Shown piece after piece: positions 14,231 to 27,645 of a DNA stretch of 64,000 nt. Each line of letters begins with the position of its first letter. Within the stretch, counting starts at the first letter, position 1. The DNA comes from Phoronis australis (Eukaryota; Animalia; Phoronida). The notes under the pieces are model-generated. The model ran no database searches, was not told the DNA's origin, and was given only the letters and a program-made list of their open reading frames with translations. A program made the translations under genes and the position numbers. The stretch covers positions 124,001 to 188,000 of the forward strand of contig NMRA01000159.1 of the NCBI GenBank assembly GCA_002633005.1, given 5' to 3'.

Positions 14231-17200
14231 TATACGTTACAGTCAGCATATTGAAAACTCCCGTTGTTGCTCAACAATGAAAAACGAACCTGCCTTTCTT
14301 CTCTCCGTGTAGACCTTCGATCAAAATTCCATTTTTTGACCCGAAGCTTAATTCAATGTCAGCTTTATGGGAGCCGCCCTCGGAATAGTTGCTTAATAAA
14401 GGCTTTCCAAAGCGGACACTGCCCTCCGATTGTCGCACAAAATCATCGCCACTTATTCCAGTTCTGTCGGACTGCGGTCAACATGTGCTTATTATACTGA
14501 CCCTTTGGTCTCCAACGATTCCCAGGTCGTCACCTTGCCTTTTCTCACAGCGCCCTGAGATGCGCTAATTAGACCCTATAAACCCCTGTTTAACGTTAGC
14601 ATTGATTTAACGGGAAGTATGACACTTACGAGGTGCCGAACAAGGGCAACTGAGTAAACCGTTTTGTCAACTTTCGATTTAGGTCACTTACTGAGTATCA
14701 TTACAAAATCGACCTCATGTTGTTCATAATCTGATTAGAAATGATTTATAAAGAATTGACAGTTTGTTCAGACAAGGGTCATGGCGTTTGCTTGTCACGG
14801 CGAGTAAATTCGCCGTTACACTTCATTTTCAGAGGAATTTGTGTAGTTTCATTTGCAAACATTTTCAATTAAAGCAAAACACGCTGAGTTGGTTTGAACC
14901 GCAAATACGCCTATGATATTTTGCGCTAGGGTGAACAAACAAAATCTTATTTTGCGCTTATTCTGTCCATATAAAACCTGTTTACAGAATTCAAATTTCC
15001 ATTATGTATTGTTTATAATCGCTGACGGATGTTACGATTAATCTGCGATATTTCTGCTGGTAACACTATTAGGCACGTGCTCACGATTTGTGTTTTTAGG
15101 CTGTACATAGCATTGATTTGATAATCTAAAGTTAATTATTTATGTGGTCTAACTTTTCCTGAACCACATTACAATACGCTTTTAGCTCATGTGGTCGCTC
15201 AGGGAGATTTGACTTCATGCACAGAAGATATATCCATTGCTGAAAAATTCTGAGCCTAAGTCTACATTGGGATGTCTTTATGGAAATTGTATGTCTGTAC
15301 CACAGACCTTAGTAGAGTATTACCTGCGATTGAATGGGCGCGAACAAATGTTGAACAGCATGTCAGACCTCCGTCATGATTTTTCTTAAAGGGATAATAA
15401 ACTCGCGCTCTCTGTAAAAAACTGAATGATTTAGACAACTTAAAAATCGGTTTCTCTCAGATTAGAAACGATTTCTAGACTTAAGAAGAACTGATAGGTC
15501 GTTCTTTGCTTCAGACAAACCCCCTTTAGGGTGCTCGTCACGGCGGAAGAGTTTCAGCCGCCAAGGTAGTAGACCGTCAGGATTTCCTTTGGGGTTTAAG
15601 AACACCAACCACTCTAAATCGACCATAAATTGTTGACGAAATGGCCGGCAACTCAAGCCAGCGGCAATACGTACATGGGTCATTTTCAAATTCGCATTCT
15701 TGGGGTTGGCCAGCCACATTACACTTTGAAGCGCTTTCGTGATCGAATAGCCCGTGAAGTTCGATGTTATTGGTGGTAACGGAATAACATCCTATCACGG
15801 CAAAATATATTATGAGACAAAAAAGGCCTAGTGAAATTTTCGTTTCTTAGCCAGTTGAAGGTGGTGAAGTTTAATTATTATTCTTATATCCATAAACGCC
15901 ACTTGAGTAAATAGGTTTTTAACTTGCTACTAAAAAGCCTACCAGCATATTGTTTCATTACCTACTTAATGAGATTTGTGAAGGGCAGATGGTGAATGTA
16001 CATGTACGTCTTTCTGGAAGATCGTGCATTATCCCGCGTGTCACATTCATCATGTGTCTTCGTGCCCACGCGATACGGGTCAACTACAAACTATACATTA
16101 CAATGGTTGATTTGGTGAGGACGACACTTCAACTGATTTATAAATGCACCTATGCGTAAAATATCGTTTATTCGGTGAACAAAAAGCGGGGTTTTTACCA
16201 ATACAACAACAGCTGGGTGTGTAAACAACAATATCAGATGGTAGTGATACCAGGGAGGGCGAGGATGGGCGAAACAAATATGAGAACGGGAAAATAACAG
16301 AATGTATCTGTTGATCATTGTGAACAAAATATGAAGAATGTGTTCCCTACATGTAGCTGCATACCTAGCCACTATAGTGAGATTAGAAGTCAGATGATAT
16401 CGTATTTATGTATTCGCATATAATCATTGTATATAGACTTCTTTGTGTTCTTTTTACCCAGATCTAATGCCTCTTGGCGCTTTCTGGGTGATGTATATTC
16501 ATTGTATTCTGAAGATTTCGTAGTAAACATTAAAAAAAAAATGATATCGTAGAGGTTATTTTCGCCAACGTCCTCCTTTAAAGTCTATCTGTTACTGCTC
16601 CTCGAACACAAATAATACGCACGATAAAGTGTTCTTGCGTGTGATTCTATGCTCGTGTGAATGATTTTGCGTTCGTATGTATGATTTTTGTAGTTCGATT
16701 GTGCACAAGATGTGATGCTCGTGCGTATGATTCTTTGGTACTCCTGTACTCTACCTAGTTCTTCACCACGCTAGTGCGCACGCGCTGCACATGGTGAGCT
16801 CGAAACCGTGGACTCGTATACAAACGAATTTACGGTTTCGTCCACCATCTTGAACAATTAATTGGTAAACAATCCAATTCAGGTGAGTTTCTCATGTAAA
16901 TATGCGGGAGTTAAACACCTGCTAAAACCAATATTTTGTGAAAGATATCGACCAGATCAATGTTGCAATTGTGCCATGCCTCAATAAATTCAAGGTTGTC
17001 ACGCACTCAGTTTTCTTTGTGACAACCACGTACGTTCAGTTCATTTTGGAGGACACTTAAAATTACTGGTGTTGTCAAGTCCGGTAATAGCAATCAGTCA
17101 CGTTTGAGCGATGTCCAGTATAGGGACCAATACGAAAAAGGTTTTCAAATTATTGCAAACTTTATTGCCTTAACTAATACGATTTACAGAGGCAAATTAC

Positions 17201-17856
17201 TTCTGTCACCGATTACCCAGTCATTGAAACAGAGATATGAGGGACAAAAGCCATTTTTGGGAATAATCTTATGTCTCTGTACCCAAACAGCGCAACATTT
17301 TCATGAACGGCGCAGCATTGAAAAAAGAGGGGTTCTATAGCCCCCTCCAGCCCCCCTGTGGTGCACTGCCCATATATATATTACCAAGCGCTTGTTTTCC
17401 ATGTACTCGCTCATTTACGAGATATATGCATTTAACAATCGAATCCCATCATGGCTCTATGATAGAGCTCAAGGTCACCGGCTTGTTTACTATACATGTA
17501 TCTGCTTCTTTACCACAGTAATACGTGTGCTACAAGCATCTCTAACTCTAAACCGTGGACTCACGAGTCCAGGCTGGAATGCTCACAGACCATTTTCTCT
17601 ATACCCAAACGGTCAATCCTCCATGAGGGCAACTGCACTAAACGATGGAGCGTGAACGAGTATTTTGAATATTTTCTAATATTGTACCTCGGAAATTGAC
17701 CAAGATAGATGTGGAAAAAGAAAAAATTCAAGACAAAAGGATTCGGAATAATCTACCAATGTAGAATGACCACTTGTTTCATTGAAATGAATAAATACTC
17801 AGTGGCAATCGTCAAAACTTTTGACAACGAGTAGTTGTCGCTTCCATAATATACCA

Positions 17857-18115
17857 CATGCGCGCACCCAATGGGGGGCGAAGTGGGCAAAAAGAATTGC
17901 CCCAGAGAAACAAAAAGTGCGAAAAAATAGAAAACGAGACAAATGTCCTCTAAACAGCAGGAGCTACCAAATTTCGGCGAATGTACAATTCATAGCTCTG
18001 AACGTACCCCGTTTTTTTAGTAAACGGTCCATTTTTTTAGTAGAAGGTCCTTTTTAATATAAGGTACACATTCGCAAAAATTCGAGTTCCCATTTTTAGG
18101 CTGGGTGCGGACATG
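17857..18115. mobile_element. G-tract MITE, same family as 12464-12706
   Basis: CATGCGCGCACCCAATGGGGGG...AGGCTGGGTGCGGACATG; the TSD is degenerate (TACCA/CATCA). Confidence 0.65.
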
Positions 18116-20689
18116 CATCAAAATGGGGTTTAGCATCCCTTTAAATACGGCCTGGTCACAGGTAATCTGCTTGAGGTAGCTTTAGTCACTAGGTTATAAT
18201 ATGTGTGATAAATACGATGAAAGCGGATTGACAGTCGTTCGTTTAATTAAACACGCTCAGTCGGTTATAAGTTAAAATTCAATGTTCGCTGTTTAGATGA
18301 ACGAGGTGTATTTTATAGAACATTATGTAATTCGTCTACAAAAATCTTTATACGTCTTTCGATTTTATAATTACCTGCTTGCTTACTTGACTGCCAATAT
18401 ATCAAATTGATTCCGATAAATATTCCAGTAGACGAATGAAAACAGTGTCAAATAATCTTTTACTACAGATATGTGGGACGCTACCTATACCGGAAACGCA
18501 CGATGTCGGGAAGCGGGAGACGCCGGTAAGTTCAAAGTCGTGAGGAAATATTTAAAAACATTAAGTTGTGAAAAGTAATGAATGTTGATAGAAAAGACTG
18601 GATGTTATATGAAGTATAAGCCTTTAATGCACTGTATTCGATTGGTATTTAGCCTGGGAGCCAGACTGTGTCTAAAGATTAGGTATGGTTCACCTCACAG
18701 CGTGGGAACTATTGGCGGCAACAGGAGATTGGTCTCGACACAGCTTTTCGTTTTACACTTTCGAAAATTTGATTTATTTTCTTTTGTAACAAACTTTCTA
18801 TCGAAAATTTTAAAAAATGCGTTTCTACCTCATTCCAATGTAAAGTTAAGGAAATTTCTTATTAGAAATGCTATTTTTGCCTTTCCCCTGTTACTATGGA
18901 AACGCACGTCTCTAGCACAAAAGTTCGGCAGCCACTGTTTTTGTGGCATCAGACGGTTTCTGATGAACTACGTTTGGTACTCGTCAACAACTGCCACCCT
19001 GAAGGACTAACCAACCCGAATACTAAAGCACGTCTATGCATCTGGCTCACTCTTCTGCATCGTACGCACACAAATCAAAACTTTATTATTCAATGAAGCC
19101 TTCATTTACCTCACTTACTGCTTTATTACAAATCGTGAATCGTAATTTGACCTTTTTTAACTACATGTACTCTTTTTAGATATTCTCAAAGTCTGTGTAT
19201 TTAGCAAAGCATTATAGATACTGTATAATAGTGACGTAGAATGTGAAAAACAGACTAAATGACATTATTCATAGTAATTCTGTACCACTGAAACAGGCGT
19301 CAAACTATTCACGAAGTATTTGTACGATTTGTTCTTCAAGGTTTTGATTTTCTAGTGATGCCAAAGCATTTTTACTTCAGTTTCAAATTTCATGAAAACG
19401 ATCTGTCATCTGCTCGTCACTTTGTCAATTTTACTCCCACAAGGCAAAGCACGTTTCCTTATGTGGTATGGCAAGACACAGACGTAACACATTTCCCTTA
19501 TATGGAAAATGCAACCTTTGACTTCGGAACAATGGCAATTATATACTTAAAAAATTAGGTAATTCTTTAAGCGCATGCGCGCATATACAATATCAGGGAC
19601 GGAGAATTTGAAAACTATTCGGGTGAAAGAGTTTATATTTCGTCTTTGTTTCAAAAATAGTGAATCTGGCGATTTTTTTCTGGAAATTCTTGCAATATTC
19701 AAAGTGAATAATTCTCGCGTTAGCATCCCCAGGAGGTAGATTCCCCACCACCAGTTGAAACTGTATTTTTACGAGTTTTCGCCCTCCGTGCCTCCTTAAC
19801 GCATTAAAAGTGCACATTTTATGAAAGTAAGAAGCCTTTAAAAGCGATTTTTGACTTGACACTGAATTGCCATTAATTACATTATGTGACCATGGTTTTT
19901 TAATAAAATTCAGAAAAAAGAAGGTACGTTGATAGCAAAACAGATGGTATAGACATCTCGACTGAACTCCATTTGTTATTAATGTTCAAGATGAAGTCTC
20001 AAGCCGTTGCCACAGATTTCCTAATTTTTCATTTATTTTTTGTTGTATGCAATTATAATTTGTTCATGAAAATCATAAAAGTCACCCCTCATGCAAAAGT
20101 GGACCATCCCGAACAGGATATCTAAAGGCGTCTTAGAGAGCAACACATAAACCTTAGTAGCCTGTGAATACGATCAACCATTTGGTCTTTTAGACAGGAT
20201 CCTACACAACCTGCACAATTTTCGAATGTTTCTTTTCAAATGTATTCATGTTTCAATGATTCATTATTATTTTCAGTATTTGAATTCAAAGATTTAAAAT
20301 AAGCTTTATTATTTCAAATTCGTATACTTTCTTTAACTGTATTCTCTTGCTGTATACTGTTGTTTTGTATAGTGTGGCGGATAATTTTAATTGAGTGTCA
20401 CTGTAAATTTTTAAGTATATCAATAAGATAACGATGACAATACCAAAACGAATACTAATAACGATATATAATTTTAAATTAGTCACATTACTCCTTCTGA
20501 TTTCTTTAATACATGTACAAGTACATGTCCCTACGTTTCGTGATATAACCAACCTGCGATATTGATAATCATCCTGGACTTGTGCAGACAAAATCGAGGC
20601 ACATAATTTGATAAACCCGCGTGTTCAGCAGTTTCGCCATGGAGATATTCGCGTACACGTGCCAGTTCCCACGTGATTTGGAAAGCAAG

Positions 20690-23600
20690 ATGGCCACCAG
20701 TGGTTTAACATGGACCGTTATTGCAGTACTGATACAAGTCTTATCTCTCGCCGTTTGTGACGGGGATGTACATGTAGAACTTAGCCTGCTGGATTTTCAA
20801 GTGGATTTCATGGAGCAGAAACTGCTTAAAGAATGCGGGCATCATCTCGCCTCATTGCCGTTGGCTGAGATCAGAGAGTTTAAAGGTGTCCGCAAGATAA
20901 TGCGCAACTTGCCTCTCGATAACGATTTGGTATCTGAAGATATGCAGGTAAGATTGTGATTGTACGCAATTTTAGACCTCATCTTTATGCATACTTGAAA
21001 AATAACTGAAAATCCAAATACACGAATTTGTGGCTAGGCTTTCATTGTAAAGGTAACATTGCAATTGTAGGGTATTGGAAAACTCAATCATATTGTTTGT
21101 GTGTTTTTTAATGGACGCTGCTACCCGCTCTACTTAGAACACGGAACTCGCGAAAAGCTCTAACATGCATTAAATTTATTTGCCATAAAAGCAATTGGTT
21201 TCTGCATCCATATGAACTCTGAGCATAATTGTCACGAGAGATCCAGTTTGGAACGGTTGACCAACACAGCTCAAGTTGAAGGCACGTTTTTATTTACCTT
21301 TGTCACGAAACACCTGTTTGGGAGTGGAAAGGTTTGAGACATACTTTTATGTGGTTTAGTGTCCAAGATTTAATTTCCGAGCTTGAAATGTCATGCGCTC
21401 ACCCAGGGGGGGGGGGGGGGGGGGATACGGGGGCTCAAATGAGCCCCCAGCGAAGGGGGTAAAAAGAACCGCCTCAGAGAAAACGAGACAAAAGTCTACT
21501 AAAAAGACACAGACGCACAGTTCACAGACCTGAAGGGTACTCAATTTTTTAGTCCTCCCGCTTTTTGTTAGCAAAAGGTACACTTTGTCAGAGATTCGTG
21601 CACCCCATATTAAAGGCTGGGTGCGCGCATGAATGTTTTGACATCTTCTATTTTATTTGATTGCCGTCTTAAGCTAAGTGCCCATTACTCTGTGCTCAAG
21701 TACTTTCGTCAGGATTGTCTAAAAGATGTTTCTGACAAGCTTTGGCGATCCATGCCTCTTAAAAAGGTTTGCCGCTGTGTTATTCTGTTATCAGTAGTCG
21801 TACAAAGGCCAATTCAGTAGTACATCTTTGCATGACGTAAGACTATAGTTTAGGAACCTAATTTCATACGTAAAACTTCTGTAGCTGCAGATAGGACACG
21901 AAGCCTAAAATAAGTTTGAATTTACCCCAGTACCTTCAATTTGTGGTGCTAAACCTCAGCACTTGCAAATTTTGTAGAAGAATCTAGGAAAAGTCACGTT
22001 AGATCTGTTGAAGCGGAAATACCTCAACTGCCAGCAAAAGTCTACCGTTGCGACCACATCCACCATCGCCACTACACCTACGGCTACAACTACGAATACG
22101 CCCCCAACTACGACCACGCCTCCAACTACGGCCACGCCACCAACTACGGCCACGCCTCCAACTACGAACACACCTACAACAAAAAATGCCACGCCTAGCA
22201 CCACACCAGTTACGTCTTCAAGCTCGACAACTGCGCCTTTTGAACCATTTAAAGGGAGAAAAGTATATTCAAATAGTACGTACGTTACGTCGTCCTGGCA
22301 ATAGCACCCGTACAAGGTATTCGAACAGCACGTGCACCTGCCAACCAACTCATAAACTTTAATTGTTTCTTCACGCCTCACGGACCCAAAAAACTCACAC
22401 CCCAAAACTCGTGCCCTGACTCACAAATGCAGATTATTGAATCCACGTCCCTATTCCATGGTTATGAGTTTTTGAGTCCGGATACGACGTATTTTGAGTG
22501 CCGGTACCGTTTTGCGATAGGTGAGGCGTGTACGGCGTGTCGGTAAGCCGTTTTTTGTGAGTAATTGAGCTTAATTTATCAGCTCACCCCGTCATTATTA
22601 CATTTAAAGTTGAAGAAATATGTTTATAAAAACAGAAGAGATTAGGCAGCAATAAGAACTTATCAAATAAAAGAAACAAATAGGCATGCTCATTCGCCTC
22701 TTCTGTCTCGAAGGCTACACCAAGTGACCTACGCCAGCATTCGCTTTTTGTTTCTCCCTGGAACTTGATTTTTGGAAAAGTAGGCGAGGTTTTCGTTAAG
22801 TTCCTTGTCAACACTGGACATGTTTTCTCACCATATAGGGCTTATATTTTTCCACTGCAAAATAGCTCTGGATCTCGTCATCTGCAAATACGAGCGAGAT
22901 AAATGTTTTATCATGATGGAAATACTAGGTCATTAGCGCTATACGTTTTATGAGCGCAACGTTTATTTAAATCATTTTGTTTTTACACGGAACTGAAACG
23001 TATTTCACCTAAACTTCCTTCTGTGATTTGTATATCACATTGACGGTGGCGTGCCATGTCATTTGTTTTAAGCCACTTCTCTGTAGGTCACCTATCGTCA
23101 AAACCTGCAGTGGGCATTTTTAAGATTGCATCCTTTCCCCTCTAAACAGTTCAAAACTTCATAACTGTTGCCATTGCAGACGACAAGTACAAAGACACTG
23201 CTTTCGAAGTCTTGAGAATGGTCAACTACACTTACAAAACTGACATTGAGAGAACTTATTTGATGCTCGAAATTCGCTTGCCAGTTAATGGCCTGTCATT
23301 TACCGACACCTGGTGTCAAGATTATACAAATCTGTGCAGCCACTTTGGTCGTCTGCCCGTTGGTTGCCCAGAATCAGCCTTCGGTGATAAAGGCATAGAA
23401 AAGTAAGTTAACGAGTACAAACTTCTCTTTATACGGTAAATGTTATAATATAGGACTTCAGCGGGCAGTTGGCTGAAATGATGAAAAGTGTGTTTGCGCC
23501 TGTGGTTTATGCAGCGAAGCTTGCTTTTTCCGTGGAACCGTAATTTGTAAAAACAGTGCAGTAGTGGCGTTTTCATATGCAAATAATCACAACATTTTCC

Positions 23601-24695
23601 GGAAAAAGTTTGCTAGGAAAATGTTTTGCATTGGGACATATTTGCTGGCATTCTGAGTTCTACCAAATTTAGGAAGATGAATGCGGGAAAAATTTATTCA
23701 TGACTTCACAATTTATGTTACAAAATTAAAATTCCAAGCCATACTGCTCTTGACCAATGGCAGTGTTGTAACCTTTTTATCGACCGGCAATTTGTTCAAT
23801 TAGCAAACAGGGTAGAGTTCAGTAACGCTAAGACCTCACTAGAAAAACAAGACTTCGGGAGATTACGCGAGATATCGCCGTGTATTTTCAATGAGAGCAC
23901 GTGATTTTGGCCATATTTTTCTCCCCGCCAGACAGCTACTGAACTCTACCCCGATCTTATCATTGTCACAGATGTCTGACATGGGCCTTTAAAAGGACTA
24001 CCAGTAGAAACTACAGAACTTGCTGGAATTCCCGATCGCATAGGGACACACCATACATATTACAGGAATTAACTTCAGAGAAAAGATTCTAACAAATTTC
24101 TTGGCATTCTGGAATACTTGGGAACACTGATAACCTAATAATGTATCCATATCATTCATTTGGTTTTACTGTTTAAACGTGAAATTAAAAAAGCCCATTA
24201 AACCTACATGTATTTACTTACCATGAGGCATCGGTTTCAACAATCTGTTGGCATTGAGAACAATTTCACACGTGAATCATGTTCTCCGTGGCAACGGAAA
24301 CAAAGTCCTATCATGGTGCAAAATGTTTTCGAGACCAATTTTGTTTAGGCCTAATTTTGAGTTAGGTGTTTGGACATGCAGTTTTCACATGAAGTCGTCT
24401 ATGTTTTATGCCTGTATGATTCTTTGTTTTCAGATGTCATTTGAAATACAAGGCAGATAGGTCGGTCAACATAGGATGTCCGACACAGGCGATCTTAGCT
24501 GCTATGGCAGAGAATGTATTTCCTCGAGTGAAATATGACGTGAATATGGACGATTTAAACTCCATCTCGTTCTTCAACTGTGACTCATGCAGCAAACAAG
24601 CATCCGCTTCAAGCAACTCACTCAAAAGTCTTGACACCACGTTGAACCACCCCTGGCTCGATATTAAACGTGTTGGATACTTAGCTTGTCATTAG
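20690..24695 (+). CDS. Gene A: secreted protein (~346 aa) with signal peptide, Thr/Pro-rich mucin-like linker and Cys-rich C-terminal domain; family not recognised
   Basis: join(20690..20947,21978..22275,23180..23402,24434..24695). All introns are GT..AG (CAG|gtaaga, tttgtag|, A|gtacgt, ttgcag|, AA|gtaagt, tttcag|) with compatible phases 0/1/2 and an open frame to TAG. The N-terminus MATSGLTWTVIAVLIQVLSLAVCDG is signal-peptide-like, exon 2 encodes TTPPTT repeats, and exons 3-4 contain 8 Cys. Confidence 0.85.
21392..21631. mobile_element. G-tract MITE in intron 1 of gene A, with a perfect 5-bp TSD
   Basis: AATGT|CATGCGCTCACCCAG(G)n...CTGGGTGCGCGCATG|AATGT. Confidence 0.78.
23810..23951. mobile_element. 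Short MITE-like element in intron 3 of gene A
   Basis: 15-bp perfect inverted repeat GGGTAGAGTTCAGTA / TACTGAACTCTACCC. Confidence 0.5.
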
Positions 24696-24944
24696 TTGAT
24701 GTCGTCATGTCGTACATTTTCTGCATTCGAGTCTGCTCGGACACGCCAACTAAACGGCTTTCTTTTTTCAGATTGTGAAATAAAAGCTATTGAAAGAGAT
24801 TATTTGTGTGCTTTGATTCATTCTGCGTCACTGAGTCATCACTGAAAGCCATGAAAGCTCATAATATAGTTTCAGCTGAAAAAACAAGACAGCTCGCGTT
24901 ATAATTTTCCCGTACGGGACACGGAAATATGTGCCATGTGCAGC

Positions 24945-25086
24945 CCAAACTGTCACAACGTCCCAAATTGTCACAACTTCAAAACTGTGACAATTTGGGT
25001 CAGCACTGCAGGCCCAAATTGTCACATTTTTTGTGCCAGTACCATAGCACCTGCCCAAATTGTCACAACGGCTCAAATTGTCACAA
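24945..25086. repeat. CCCAAATTGTCACA repeat cluster (transposon subterminal type); second copy at ~28718-28780
   Basis: Direct and inverted copies of the CCCAAATTGTCACA motif; the two loci are inverted relative to each other. Confidence 0.6.
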
Positions 25087-26224
25087 TAACGTAAGATGTG
25101 CTAGGGGAATATTTTAGCTGCAAAGGTTGACTGTTCCGCCAAAAAGGGCGCGCTTTCCTAATTACAAAATGAAAATACTCTTATGTTTAAAACGGATACC
25201 TGCTGTTGCAGCGGTTGTGGTTCATGCGAACGATCACCAGATTCTAGCGTGTGCAATTGAAGCCGAGTTGAAGAGCGTTTTCGGATTCCAATACCGGGGT
25301 TGGAGACTCATTCTTAACACGGGGGCGTGCCTTTCCCACACAAAGCAAAAGCTCTATCTTTCCCCACGGAATTGGATGTCCAACCACAGACAGGCACTCC
25401 CACCACGGACAATTTGCAGCCCAAGTGACCGAACTTTGACACCCAGTTTCCGCAGGGCAACGTCCTGTGACACTACCTTATTCGTCCGTGGTACGAGAAC
25501 CTGTGAGTCTGTGGTTGGGGTTCTGGTTCCGTGGTAAGAATATTTTGTGCTTGGAAAGACTTTTTGCAATGTGTTGTAAGATCGCACGTCCGTTGTCAGA
25601 CTGTTTTGCATTTTTGCATTGGTATGTGTTGTCGTAGTCTACCTGGTTTTTCAAACATAGTGTATACATACTCATATCAATATAAAATGACATTTTCGTT
25701 CAAGCAGCCCAGAATTCTGAGGTTTATAAAACGAAATACTATCTTTAAACAGAGATGCCCATACTTCACAAGATCCATGGTGACATGTAACAGTAGGACA
25801 CACTGCTGCAAGCATGCACGATATCGTCAGTGATTGATTGATATACAATTTTGATTTTATACCGAATGTTATGAGCGCAGAAACGAACTTGAGGAAGAAG
25901 AGAAATTCCAGGGTTCTACCTTTCCCGATATTAATTGAAGTGCCGATGAGAACAGTACGCCTTTTCATGTTCTCGTTTTTGATTCTGATCGCCTCCACTT
26001 ATCGCCAACGACTGAACATAGAGTACCCCAAGAACACACGCGTTACGCGCTACAATTCTCAAAATGAAACCCTATCACGAATTTATGTGCTTCAATTTTG
26101 GGTCATGTCACCGAGGAAAGATTAATGAGCGACAAACAAAATCGCGCATTTATATTACCATACATAAAAAAGTATCATTATGGGTTTAATAACCCGTTAG
26201 TTGTTACAAGTTTATATATTCGCG

Positions 26225-27645
26225 CAGTGTTGTAGTTCTAAAATTGGAGGTAAGTAGGCGCCCAAAGCCAACCTTATCACCTGGAGCAATGAATTTGAAA
26301 AGTGCATTAATTCGCAAAACCTGACTCACAAACATGTAGGCCTGTATCTTGACTCACATGTGGGTATTTACTTCGAGTCTGTAGTGGCGAATCTAGGACG
26401 TCGCAGAAAGGGGTCCAACCACACATATAGGAAGGCAAAGGTCTGCGTGCATTCCAAGCAGTCTCTGAAGGGGGAGAGGGCAAACACAATTATTAAGGAG
26501 AGTAGGTGCGTAACACCCAGAAAAGATATGCTGGCGTTCTTTTTTAGGTCGCCCGTGGGGTGTGTCCTCGGGGCCCTTCGGTGTGACATCATAAATGTTA
26601 CTTTATTCTGAAATATTAATCTAAATTTCATCACTCGGCGAACATATGTTACTCCGTACGCTTCAAATACTAATTACACAAACACTGATGTTTTCAACAG
26701 CTGAAAACCACGTGCAATGTACACACGTGCGTGCACTCATATACAAAGCACAAACTTGAAGGAGGGTTTTCTTATAAGCAGCTGTTTTTATTCATCTTGA
26801 AAGTCAGTAAAACACCAGGTGCTACTGACCAGTCCAAAGATAGAGTGCTTTATGTAATAGTCACAGAATCCTCCACAATTTTTTTTGTCTACAGTCTTGT
26901 TCTTTTCCAAGTTTTACGATTATAGGAACTGAGAACTATCAACAGTTCCGTGTTGTCGAACCATCCACGTTTCGACAAAAGGTTGTGGGTCGAATATGGA
27001 AAGCGGGAGACAACTGACCTTACCATACAACGAGCTGGAGGTAGTTTCTAACAGCAAGGAAGAGGGTTCGTCTGTTGCTATCCGATTCCTTTTGCTGAAT
27101 CCTCGTTCACATTCATCTGTACTGCAAGGAAGATTCTTAATGCAGAGGTCCACTTGTAGCAGAGCACTTGGTAGGTTGTCTACTCCAACCGTCTCCTCCA
27201 TTCTACGAACTGACGCATTCCTCTGATTGCCGTTGTGGCAACCAACCCAACCCGATCGCATACACGCCTGACTTCGTGCTCGCCATGTTTCATCTCGGAT
27301 CCCATCGGTCACGTTTTGGGGTACAAGATGGCCAGAATAGAGCAAAATGTCTGCTCATCATTGTCAAGCCAAAGCCACTCAAACTTTTTGAATAAATTGA
27401 CCAGGACGTATGGTCACGCGCGCCGGAATATTCGGTAACAGTGCTGCCGTCAGCGTAGCAATGCATTGATACCGTAAGCTATTGTATCAAACTACGTCCC
27501 ACTTTACGTCACTTACCGTGCGTAGGCGCTACGGTTAAGATGTAAAAAGATGGTTGGGTGCGCCTACGCCACTTACGGTGCGTAGGCGCAACGCCAAAAG
27601 GTGGTTGGCTGCGCCTACGTGGGCCTACGCCCCACTACAGCATTG
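26225..27645 (-). mobile_element. hAT DNA transposon derivative with C-terminal dimerisation-domain remnant
   Basis: Termini CAGTGTTGTAGT...ACTACAGCATTG with an 8-bp TSD TATTCGCG/TATACGCG (7/8). The minus-strand ORF 26920-27345 contains LPCSTDECERGFS...FDPQPFVETW, typical of the hAT dimerisation domain. Confidence 0.85.

Noticed and set aside
15462-15798. Possible degenerate THAP/transposase fragment
   Set aside because: Cys/His ligands could not be aligned and no matching termini were found.
20525-20580. Second hammerhead-like motif on the minus strand (GTCC-AGGATGA...C-GAAACGTA-GGGAC) upstream of gene A
   Set aside because: The CUGANGA box is broken and stem II is poor; at most a dead PLE relic.
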